From positions 63,598-127,597 of the forward strand of contig CAVIKC010000001.1 in assembly GCA_963643405.1 (NCBI GenBank): a stretch of 64,000 nt of DNA. Reading direction: 5' to 3'. The position numbers and the translations under genes are program-made. The notes under the pieces were generated by a model, which saw nothing but the letters and a program-made list of their open reading frames with translations, did no database searches and had not been told where the DNA came from. Shown here piece by piece: positions 18,969 through 27,256 of the stretch (within the stretch, counting starts at the first letter, position 1; the number at the start of each line of letters is the position of its first letter). The stretch is from Succinivibrio sp. (GTDB lineage: Bacteria; Actinomycetota; Coriobacteriia; Coriobacteriales; Eggerthellaceae).

Positions 18969-19178
18969 TTAGGGACGGCCGTTGATGGAGCGGCTGTCTT
19001 GCGCATACGACAGGTCGTTCACTCCGGAAGAAAAAACCGTGGACGAATAGCCAGTTGACGAGGATTCGTTGCCGGCATTAACCAAGGAGACGAACGAGAG
19101 CACCGAGATAATGACCGCTATAAGGAGCAGGACAAGCGAAAGGATAAGAAACCGAAAATTTGCGCGCTCTTCTCGCAT
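18969..19178 (-). CDS. small single-pass membrane protein (hypothetical)
   Basis: 69-aa ORF with one strong TM helix (FLILSLVLLLIAVIISVLSFVSLV) and a Ser-rich tail. The RBS is weak. Confidence 0.35.
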   Translation of the reverse strand: MREERANFRFLILSLVLLLIAVIISVLSFVSLVNAGNESSSTGYSSTVFSSGVNDLSYAQDSRSINGRP

Positions 19179-19373
19179 TAGACGTCTTTCATTGTGGATT
19201 TAAGCTTTGTTTGACATCCTTATACTTTAGCAGAACAAATACCCAACTCCCACACCGGAAGGGACGCCAAGAACCTCGAGCATTGAATGTGCCAGCATGG
19301 TTACATAGAAAACCCTTGATTCCGAACTTAGCTAAAATACAAAGGTAAAACCATCCAAGGAATCGAGTTTCCC

Positions 19374-20228
19374 ATGCCCATGTCAAAAGAAGAACGTAAA
19401 GCGGAAGCAGCAAAGCATCTCTCATTTGTAAGAGGGCTTTTCCCCAGTGAGACAGAGGCATCGGCAGCCTCCGTCAAGATCTACGAAGATGGCGAAGGGC
19501 GAGAGCTACCCCTTCCCGAGCCTGCGGCTCGGGAAACGAGCACGGAGGTAACCACGGCATTCTCTGTGTCGGCTCTATACCGAACCCACGGAAAATCGCT
19601 GCTGGTCGACCCTGCATCATTTACCCGTCCTGGTGGCAATTACGAAGAGGGGGCTTTTGGACCAGAGCAGGTCATCTGCTCTGAGAGCAACCTCTATCCT
19701 ATCCTCGATGGCATTGCCGGCGAGTATCATCGAAAGAATCGTGGGTTCTCACGCGGCCAGCTCTTCACCGACCGCGCCGCCTACCTAACCGATGTCGTAT
19801 TCAGCCGCGAAGGCCAGATCCGCAAGGCAGACGTTCTTGTTGTACCCGAGCCGAACCGTCAGCATGCCTTGGAGAACCACCGCTCCGAGAGGGAATGCGA
19901 CACCTGCCTGGCGGCCCGCATAGAGACTATTCTGCGAATTGCCGCAGCCAACGGCGTGGATAACCTCATCGTGGGCGCCTTCGGTTGCGGTCGACAAGGG
20001 TTCCCTGCCGATCAGGTGATCGAGCTTTTCCAGAGCTGGATCTCCGCCAATCCAGGCTCCATCCCCCACATCGTCTTCGCGGTACCCCGCTTCCAGTTCG
20101 ATGCCTTCGACAGCGCGTTCGGCACGCCAGAGCCGCCCGCAGAAGCAGTGATACCCGAAAGCGAAGAGGAAGAGGACGAGGACGCCTTCGATCCGAACGA
20201 TCTGCCCGAAGGCGTTACGCTTCGTTGA
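19374..20228 (+). CDS. TIGR02452 / microbial PARG-like macrodomain protein with acidic C-terminal tail
   Basis: Blocks PASFTRPGGNYEEGAFGPEQVICSESNLY and LIVGAFGCGRQGFP resemble the microbial-type PARG/DUF2263 fold. Confidence 0.8.
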   Translation: MPMSKEERKAEAAKHLSFVRGLFPSETEASAASVKIYEDGEGRELPLPEPAARETSTEVTTAFSVSALYRTHGKSLLVDPASFTRPGGNYEEGAFGPEQVICSESNLYPILDGIAGEYHRKNRGFSRGQLFTDRAAYLTDVVFSREGQIRKADVLVVPEPNRQHALENHRSERECDTCLAARIETILRIAAANGVDNLIVGAFGCGRQGFPADQVIELFQSWISANPGSIPHIVFAVPRFQFDAFDSAFGTPEPPAEAVIPESEEEEDEDAFDPNDLPEGVTLR

Positions 20229-20245
20229 CAACGGCCTTAATGGTT

Positions 20246-20277
20246 GGGCTCCGCAGAACCTTTGCTCTGCGGAGCCC
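20246..20277. terminator. stem-loop between the convergent PARG-like gene and ybaK
   Basis: 12-bp perfect stem GGGCTCCGCAGA / TCTGCGGAGCCC. Confidence 0.5.
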
Positions 20278-20330
20278 ACCGTTTCCACATGCGCAGCAGG
20301 ACTCCGAAGCGCAAGGGCAGCGCGGAATCG

Positions 20331-20813
20331 CTATGCGGTGATATCCGCAACAGCCACAGGGATTGCGGCTTTCAAGGAATCGAAGCTCGTTTCGATCTGG
20401 CAGCCTATGCGCCCGCCTGAGAATATGACCTGCTCGTAAAGAAGCGCCGTTTCGTCGATGGTTGTGGTGAACAGCTTTTTCATGCCCAACGGCGAGCACC
20501 CGCCATGAATATAGCCGGTGAGCCCCAAAAGCTCTTTCGACTTGATCATATGGATGGATTTCTCGCCAACGGCATTAGCCGCTTTCTTCAAATCGAGTTC
20601 TAAGGCAACGGGGACCATGAACACATAGTGCTCCCCGCTCTTGCCTACTGTTACCAAGGTCTTGAACACCTTGTCGGGATCTTCACCCAGCATCCGCGCA
20701 ACCTCAACCCCCGAAACTGCCTGTGGGCACTCGAACCAGTAAGCCTGATACGGCTGCTTGGCACGCTCAAGCTCACGCATGGCATTCGTCTTCTTGTCGG
20801 CTTGCTTAGCCAC
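20331..20813 (-). CDS. ybaK: Cys-tRNA(Pro)/Cys-tRNA(Cys) deacylase
   Basis: YbaK/EbsC-type N-terminus (KKTNAMRELERAKQPYQ) and VFKTLV block; 160 aa. Confidence 0.88.
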   Translation of the reverse strand: MAKQADKKTNAMRELERAKQPYQAYWFECPQAVSGVEVARMLGEDPDKVFKTLVTVGKSGEHYVFMVPVALELDLKKAANAVGEKSIHMIKSKELLGLTGYIHGGCSPLGMKKLFTTTIDETALLYEQVIFSGGRIGCQIETSFDSLKAAIPVAVADITA

Positions 20814-20834
20814 GGCTCCCCCTTTGCAACTAGC

Positions 20835-21755
20835 CTATTCATCCGAACCGATATCGTTGGCTACCGAGCCGGCCATTTCTTCCAGCTCGACCACCGGATC
20901 GGCTCCCTCGGAAGCAGCCGGGGGCTGGCTGCTTGCGCTGCCGCCCACTTCGGCCGAAACCGTCATGTTATGGAAACGCTGTTGCAGCCATTCATCGGAG
21001 AACGCCTGATCCAGCAGCACATCGATCTGGGTCTTCGGCGGGATGTCTTGGGTTCGCTCACCCTCGCGATGAAGCGCTAACACGGTAACAACGGCGTTAA
21101 CCAACATGAACGCAGCAAGAACAATACTCAAGGATTGGAATAAACCGCCTTCGAACTTGTTGCGAAACCGGCTCTGGACACCCTTCACAACGGGAAGTAT
21201 GAAACGGACCCAGAACAACCCGAGGGTACCCCACATTACGCCGAAAAAGAAATTTGTGCGTCCGTTGATAGAGCCAAACGTACCGGTGTAATCCCAGGCA
21301 ATCGCATGCCAAAAGGTTTCCATCATCCAGCTTGCGCTGTACTCAAGGACGGCACCCACCACCATGGCAATGAGGAAGATAATCAGGTCGTGGGTATAGT
21401 AAAAACGGTTCAAGAAAAGGGTAAGGGCAACCGCGCCAACCCCATAAATGGGGCTGAACGGACCCCAAACCAAACCCGCTCGGCTCTCATATCCACCGTA
21501 AACCACAACATGGAACAGATCCTCCAGGCCAAGGCCGAGCACGGAAGCAACCATGAAGATCCAGAACAGGAGGGAAAGGCTCAAATCCAAGTATGCTGGA
21601 GCCATCTGCGCGCGAAACGAGTTGACGAAATCAGAATCGGCAATTCTTTCGATGAATCCGCGGAATCCAGGAGAGCGAAGTTGGGACTCCTCCTGGTTTG
21701 AGCACTGATCAGTAATCTGGCTATCTTCAAAACGGCTCTTATCCATAACAAGCAA
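20835..21755 (-). CDS. multi-pass membrane protein, CmpB-like (putative ABC-transporter type IV family), with an acidic C-terminal extension
   Basis: Family-typical WDYTGTFGSINGRTNFFFGVMWG block and 5-6 hydrophobic helices. Confidence 0.75.
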   Translation of the reverse strand: MLVMDKSRFEDSQITDQCSNQEESQLRSPGFRGFIERIADSDFVNSFRAQMAPAYLDLSLSLLFWIFMVASVLGLGLEDLFHVVVYGGYESRAGLVWGPFSPIYGVGAVALTLFLNRFYYTHDLIIFLIAMVVGAVLEYSASWMMETFWHAIAWDYTGTFGSINGRTNFFFGVMWGTLGLFWVRFILPVVKGVQSRFRNKFEGGLFQSLSIVLAAFMLVNAVVTVLALHREGERTQDIPPKTQIDVLLDQAFSDEWLQQRFHNMTVSAEVGGSASSQPPAASEGADPVVELEEMAGSVANDIGSDE

Positions 21756-21910
21756 CTATACAGGGTGAACGTGCTCACGTCACTTGCTCAACACCCTCGA
21801 TGAAGCAAGGAGAATAAAAGCTCCCTGCGAGATCACATAGCTTCTGCCGGTTGCGATAACATATCCCCATCTGAACATATATTGCCGGTGCGAATCGGTT
21901 TGACGAAAGG

Positions 21911-22495
21911 ATGGCGCCCATGCGTCTGCTCGAAGAGCGAATCCAAAAAGACGGCGTGGTAAAAAGCGCCGATGTGCTGAAGGTAGACTCCTTCCTGAAC
22001 CATCAGATGGATATCTCCCTTTTCGAGCAGATGGCGGAAGAATGGAAGCGCTGCTTCGAGGGAAAGCCTATCAACAAGATCCTCACCATCGAAGCATCCG
22101 GCATCGGAATTGCCGCCATCGTGGCTCGAGTTTTCAATGTGCCGGTCGTGTTCGCGAAAAAGGCCCAGAGCATCAACTTGGACGGAACGGTTTACGCAAC
22201 CCGCGTGCAATCCTTTACGCACGGCAAGGTTTTCGATGTCATCGTCTCGAAAAAGTTCGTTGGCCCGGAAGACCATCTGCTGCTCATCGATGACTTCATG
22301 GCCAATGGCTGCGCCATGAACGGCCTGATCGAGGTCTGCGAAGACGCAGGCGCCACCATCGAGGGAATCGGCATCGCCGTTGAAAAGGGTTTCCAGGATG
22401 GTGGGGCAAAGCTTCGTAAACGCGGCTATCATCTCGAGTCGCTGGCCATCGTGGATGCCATGGACCCTGAAACGGGAGAGATCACGTTCCGATGA
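21911..22495 (+). CDS. xpt: xanthine phosphoribosyltransferase
   Basis: [31 protein letters not shown] and PRPP motif [10 protein letters not shown]. Confidence 0.92.
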   Translation: MAPMRLLEERIQKDGVVKSADVLKVDSFLNHQMDISLFEQMAEEWKRCFEGKPINKILTIEASGIGIAAIVARVFNVPVVFAKKAQSINLDGTVYATRVQSFTHGKVFDVIVSKKFVGPEDHLLLIDDFMANGCAMNGLIEVCEDAGATIEGIGIAVEKGFQDGGAKLRKRGYHLESLAIVDAMDPETGEITFR

Positions 22496-23937
22496 GCAAT
22501 AACCCTTCCAGCGCCCCTACCGATGCTGAGGTTCAGCAGAACCTGCAGCAGTTCAATGGCTCGATTTCCTTAGCCCGAGCCCTCCCCTATGGGATCCAGC
22601 ATGTACTGGCAATGTTCGTTGCGAACCTCGCCCCCATCGCCATCATAGCTGCAGCGGCCGGTTTCGATGCCGCAACCACCTCGATGCTGATCCAAAACGC
22701 GATGCTTGTAGCGGGCATCGGCACCTTCGTTCAACTGTTCGCTATCTGGCGGGTAGGAGCGAAAATGCCCATCGTCATGGGCGTGAGCTTCACCTTCGTT
22801 ACCGTGCTCTGCGGTATTGCCGCCATGTACGGCTACAACGCCGCCATAGGTGCGGTGATAGTAGGTGGCCTGCTGGAAGGTGTGCTTGGCCTGTTTGCAA
22901 AGTACTGGCGCCGTTTCATCACACCGATAGTCTCGGCCGTAGTGGTTACGGCCATTGGCTTCTCGCTGCTTTCAGTTGGCGCCGAAAGCTTCGGCGGAGG
23001 GTCGGGCGCAGCTGATTTCGGAAGCCCGGAAAACCTGGTGCTTGGCTTCGTCTCCCTGGTGGCATGCCTGGTATTCCAAGGTCTAGCCAAGGGGAGCAAG
23101 AAACAGCTTTCCGTTCTGTTCGGCTTGGCGGTTGGCTACGTGCTGGCGCTTATCATGGGGAAAGTGGACTTCTCCGCATTCCAGGGAATAGCCCCCCTTT
23201 CCCTTCCGCAGCTCATGCCCTTCACGCCCGAGTTCCAACCGGGCGCCATCATCGCCGTAGCGTTGCTGTACCTGGTAAGCGCTGCTGAAACGCTCGGCGA
23301 TACGGCTGCCCTTGCCGCAATCGGCTTCCATCGAGTTCCAACCGAACGCGAGTTCAGCGGAGCAGTTGCAGCCGATGGCCTTACCAGCTCGCTTGCCGGA
23401 TGCTTTGGGTGCAGCCCGCTTACCACCTTCGCTCAGAATATCGGGCTCATCGCCATGACAAAGGTTGTGAACCGAAAGGCTTTGGCATGCGGCGCAGGGA
23501 TCCTGGTACTTGCCGCGTTCGTACCCGCCATAAGCGCCGTTTTCAGCTCGCTTCCAGATGCTGTGCTTGGCGGCTGCACCATCATGATGTTCGGCAACAT
23601 CGTGCTTTCAGGTTTCCAGATGATCGCCAGCGCAGGCTTTTCTCAACGCAACATCACCATTGCAGCTATCTCGCTTGCCCTCGGCATAGGATTCACTCAG
23701 GTGAGCGACATCTTCATTGCATTCCCCGAGCTGATACAGAATATCTTCGTGGGCAACAGCGTTGCCCTTACGTTCCTTTCTGCCGTGGTTCTTTCGTTTG
23801 CGCTGCCGAGAGACACCACGGTGAACGGTCCCCTGGTCGTTTCCAGTACCAGCATGGAAGGCAGGGATTCTAATCAAACAACGGAGAAGAAGCCCGAAGA
23901 CGCATCGACCCAAGGAGAAAAGACCAATGGGCAGTGA
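22492..23937 (+). CDS. pbuX: xanthine/uracil permease (NCS2 family)
   Basis: Multi-pass NCS2 protein with an [10 protein letters not shown] block. ATGA overlap with the xpt stop. Confidence 0.9.
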   Translation: MSNNPSSAPTDAEVQQNLQQFNGSISLARALPYGIQHVLAMFVANLAPIAIIAAAAGFDAATTSMLIQNAMLVAGIGTFVQLFAIWRVGAKMPIVMGVSFTFVTVLCGIAAMYGYNAAIGAVIVGGLLEGVLGLFAKYWRRFITPIVSAVVVTAIGFSLLSVGAESFGGGSGAADFGSPENLVLGFVSLVACLVFQGLAKGSKKQLSVLFGLAVGYVLALIMGKVDFSAFQGIAPLSLPQLMPFTPEFQPGAIIAVALLYLVSAAETLGDTAALAAIGFHRVPTEREFSGAVAADGLTSSLAGCFGCSPLTTFAQNIGLIAMTKVVNRKALACGAGILVLAAFVPAISAVFSSLPDAVLGGCTIMMFGNIVLSGFQMIASAGFSQRNITIAAISLALGIGFTQVSDIFIAFPELIQNIFVGNSVALTFLSAVVLSFALPRDTTVNGPLVVSSTSMEGRDSNQTTEKKPEDASTQGEKTNGQ

Positions 23938-25147
23938 AGATCAAAAGACCGTTATCATCGGCGTGAGCGGCTGCATTGCCGCTTATAAGACTTGCGAGAT
24001 CATCCGCGGACTCCAGAAGGCCGGAGTGCGCGCGAAGGTAGTGATGACCGAGCACGCCACCCACTTCATCAACCCGCTCACCTTCCGCTCGCTTACTCAC
24101 GAGCCTGTTGCGGTTGGATTGTTCGACGACCCTTCAGATCCTATCCATCATATCTCGTTGGCACAGGAAGCCGATGTTCTGCTGCTGGCACCATGTACCG
24201 CAAATGTGATGGCGAAAGCGGCTCACGGTATTGCCGATGATCTTCTTACCACTACCGTGCTGGCAACCACGGCTCCCGTGCTGGTTGCCCCCGCCATGAA
24301 CGTCCACATGTACGAAAACGCAGCCACGCAAGCGAATATGCGCACCCTTCAAAGTAGGGGTTTCCACTTCGTCGAAGCAGACTCCGGCTATCTTGCCTGT
24401 GGGGACATAGGAAAAGGGCGCTTGGCCGATCCCGTACATATTGTCGAGGCATGCCTTACGCTGCTTCAAACGGCAGATCAGCGCCGAAAGCAAGACTATC
24501 TGGGGAAGCGAGTGATGGTCACCGCAGGCCCCACAGTAGAACCGATTGACCCCGTGCGCTACCTCACTAACCGCTCATCAGGAAAGTTCGGCTACGCATT
24601 GGCTACCGCTGCAGCGAAACGAGGTGCTGAGGTAACGCTGATCTCCGGGCCGGTTGCCTTGCCGGCTCCCGCAAATGTGGCCATGGAGTACGTGGAAAGC
24701 GCCCAGGATATGCTCGAAGCAGCCTCTAAGGCATTCGAGGAATCCGACATCGCCCTGTTCGCCGCAGCAGTTGCCGACGTTCGGCCGGCCGCGCCCGCCG
24801 ATAAGAAATTGAAGAAGGGCATCAACGACAAGGAGCTAAGCGCCATTCAACTGGTAGAGAACCCAGACATCCTGAAAACGCTCGGCCACCAGAAGAAGCA
24901 GCAGGTTGTCGTCGGATTCGCCGCCGAGACCAACGATGCGGTTGATAACGCAAACAAGAAGCTGACTAAGAAGAATGCCGACATGATAGTTGCCAACGAG
25001 GTCGGCGCGGACAAGACCTTCGGCAAAGACGACGATGAGATATGGCTGGTAACTGCCGAAGGCGTTGAGCATATCGACCCTGCACCTAAGGCCCAGCTTG
25101 CCCATTGCATTCTGACGAAAGCCCTGGAGCTCCAGCAAACCGAATGA
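23927..25147 (+). CDS. coaBC: bifunctional phosphopantothenoylcysteine decarboxylase / phosphopantothenate-cysteine ligase
   Basis: CoaC block GVSGCIAAYK and PAMN; CoaB block TAGPTVEPIDPVRYLTNRSSGK. It overlaps the pbuX end by 11 nt. Confidence 0.93.
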   Translation: MGSEDQKTVIIGVSGCIAAYKTCEIIRGLQKAGVRAKVVMTEHATHFINPLTFRSLTHEPVAVGLFDDPSDPIHHISLAQEADVLLLAPCTANVMAKAAHGIADDLLTTTVLATTAPVLVAPAMNVHMYENAATQANMRTLQSRGFHFVEADSGYLACGDIGKGRLADPVHIVEACLTLLQTADQRRKQDYLGKRVMVTAGPTVEPIDPVRYLTNRSSGKFGYALATAAAKRGAEVTLISGPVALPAPANVAMEYVESAQDMLEAASKAFEESDIALFAAAVADVRPAAPADKKLKKGINDKELSAIQLVENPDILKTLGHQKKQQVVVGFAAETNDAVDNANKKLTKKNADMIVANEVGADKTFGKDDDEIWLVTAEGVEHIDPAPKAQLAHCILTKALELQQTE

Positions 25148-25220
25148 TGTGATTGCACCAATTAGGTTTTCAGACTCCGAAAGAAAGCGGGTTGCATTTA
25201 AGCGCTCCACTCCAGCTCAA

Positions 25221-25250
25221 GCCCTGCAAGGCATTGATGCCTTGCAGGGC
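25221..25250 (+). terminator. stem-loop after coaBC
   Basis: 14-bp perfect stem GCCCTGCAAGGCAT / ATGCCTTGCAGGGC followed by TTGCT (weak U tract). Confidence 0.5.
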
Positions 25251-25318
25251 TTGCTGGGCAAAAGCCTACCCCACAGGCTCGAATGGGCCGCTGAAAGCAA
25301 AACGGTACTGTCCTAGAC

Positions 25319-25355
25319 AAAAAAGCAGGTCAGACATTTAAAACATCTGACCTGC
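25319..25355 (-). terminator. rho-independent terminator of the tRNA-Pro pair
   Basis: On the minus strand, GCAGGTCAGA-loop-TCTGACCTGC is followed by TTTTTT. Confidence 0.65.
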
Positions 25356-25365
25356 TTAAATAAGC

Positions 25366-25442
<77 letters not shown>

Positions 25443-25462
25443 ATGTGAATCAATGCTTGAGC

Positions 25463-25539
<77 letters not shown>

Positions 25540-25572
25540 AACTATTTGGTTGCTTCCTTCCGAAGCAGCTTG

Positions 25573-25578
25573 ATTATA
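25573..25578 (-). promoter_or_regulatory. candidate -10 box (TATAAT) for the tRNA-Pro pair
   Basis: A perfect TATAAT on the minus strand lies 33 nt upstream of the copy B 5' end. I found no convincing -35. Confidence 0.3.
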
Positions 25579-25615
25579 TTAACTCAAATGCAAGCGAATG
25601 GAAAGGGGTATTTTC

Positions 25616-26692
25616 CTAAACTTTGACGAAGCTGAAAGATTCCACTTCGTCAGGCGAGCAACCTTCCGGCAAGCGAACGCCACGCCCCTCGGCGCAGTAC
25701 TTGGCGAGCACTTCCCTGCCGAACCCGGTAAGCCCGATACGACGCTCGGAGAGCTTGTTTAAGACACCTTGAAGGTCAGAAGGAAGCGGCGCCAGGAATT
25801 CCAGGGTATCACCCGTGCGCGGATGCTCGAATTCAACGAAATACGAATGCAGGAACTGACGCGCTAGGCCTAGATTGTCCGCCTTGCCGGGGGTGCCGTA
25901 CATAGGGTCGCCAACACACCAGTGGCGAATGTACTCCATGTGCACGCGGATCTGATGCGTGCGTCCTGAATAGAGCTTGCACTCGATAAGACTGAAGCCA
26001 TTGTCTTTATTTGAGGACTCAAATCGTTCCAGCACCTTGAATGTAGTAACCGAGGAACGAGCCTGGGGCTTATCGGAAACCTGCATACGCGTCCGCACCT
26101 TGTCGGAACGGAAGATAGGCGCATCGATGAGCCCGGTATCGCTGGCAATGTTCCCATGAACCAGGCAAAGGTAGCGGCGATTCACGTTACGGGAGCGGAT
26201 CTCATCCTGCAGCTGAAAGCCCGTCTCATCGTTCTTGGCAACAAGCATGAGCCCACTGGTGTCGCCGTCAAGGCGATGGACGATCCCCGGCCTATCGTCT
26301 CCCTGGATATGCGCAAGGTTCTCACGCCCATAGCGATAAATCAACGCATTGGACAACGTTCCATCAGGGTGGCCAGGAGATGGATGGCATATAAGGCCAG
26401 CCTGCTTGTTAAGAACTGCAAGATCGTCATCGTCATAGTAGACATCGAGCGGGATGTCCTGCGGCTCCAAGAACACGCGATCGTTAGACTCGAACTCCTC
26501 GTAGACGATGAAGTCGCCCGTATGCACGATGGTCTTCTTCGTTGGCGCAGCGCCACTCACGAACACCTTGCCGGCCTCGATCTGCTTAACGGCCTTGCTG
26601 CGACTTTCATACAGGCCCGATTCGTACAGGAACGAATCGAGGCGCATATCGTTGTAATTTTCGGTAACCGTGGTGGATAGGCTTCGAGCCAT
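25616..26692 (-). CDS. rluD: RluA-family 23S rRNA pseudouridine synthase (RluD-like)
   Basis: S4-like N-terminus and catalytic motif HRLDGDTSGLML. It sits in the conserved ileS-lspA-rluD order. Confidence 0.9.
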   Translation of the reverse strand: MARSLSTTVTENYNDMRLDSFLYESGLYESRSKAVKQIEAGKVFVSGAAPTKKTIVHTGDFIVYEEFESNDRVFLEPQDIPLDVYYDDDDLAVLNKQAGLICHPSPGHPDGTLSNALIYRYGRENLAHIQGDDRPGIVHRLDGDTSGLMLVAKNDETGFQLQDEIRSRNVNRRYLCLVHGNIASDTGLIDAPIFRSDKVRTRMQVSDKPQARSSVTTFKVLERFESSNKDNGFSLIECKLYSGRTHQIRVHMEYIRHWCVGDPMYGTPGKADNLGLARQFLHSYFVEFEHPRTGDTLEFLAPLPSDLQGVLNKLSERRIGLTGFGREVLAKYCAEGRGVRLPEGCSPDEVESFSFVKV

Positions 26693-26695
26693 GGA

Positions 26696-27250
26696 TCACT
26701 CCTTTTCGCCGGAACAGCCCGCTTTGGGCTCCCTTGCCATCTGCGCTATCAAGGCAATGAACAAGAGGGCTATACCGCAGGTAACGCCAATATCAGCCAC
26801 ATTGAATGTTGGGAAATCCATGAACAGAGGCGTAATGAAATCGACCACATAGCCGTTCGCTATGCGGTCTACCAAGTTGCCGACGCCACCGGCAAACAGC
26901 AAGCCAAGGGAAATCGCCTCGAGCATTCCATAATGCCTGGCGCTGTACACAGCGAAAACAGCTATGGCAACGCACATGGCGGCAGTAACGATGGATATCA
27001 CCGGAATGGCGCCGGAAAAAGCACCCCAGGCAACCCCCCGGTTGTGAACAAGATTAAGCTGAATCAAGCCAAAAATATCGGGAACCACCACGTCACCAAC
27101 TGCATAGTTGCCGTTGATTGCCACCTTGGTAACCCGATCAAGGACAAACCACAAAACAGCGCAACCACCCCAAAGGGCAAGGTTGCGCCTGAAAGCGGTG
27201 CTGCCCTTTGGGGCAGCACCTTCATTTCCTTCGGAAGCAACAGGCCTCAA
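26696..27250 (-). CDS. lspA: signal peptidase II (lipoprotein signal peptidase)
   Basis: Motifs NRGVAWG and FNVADIGVTCG; four TM helices. Confidence 0.9.
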   Translation of the reverse strand: MRPVASEGNEGAAPKGSTAFRRNLALWGGCAVLWFVLDRVTKVAINGNYAVGDVVVPDIFGLIQLNLVHNRGVAWGAFSGAIPVISIVTAAMCVAIAVFAVYSARHYGMLEAISLGLLFAGGVGNLVDRIANGYVVDFITPLFMDFPTFNVADIGVTCGIALLFIALIAQMAREPKAGCSGEKE

Positions 27251-27256
27251 AAGCCA

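Noticed and set aside
21756-21910. Expected purine (guanine/xanthine) riboswitch upstream of xpt-pbuX
   Set aside because: I could not find the conserved purine-riboswitch core (the UAUAA...AUAUGG...GUUUCUACC...CCGUAAA...GACUAU pattern) on the coding strand. An Rfam scan would be needed to exclude a divergent element.
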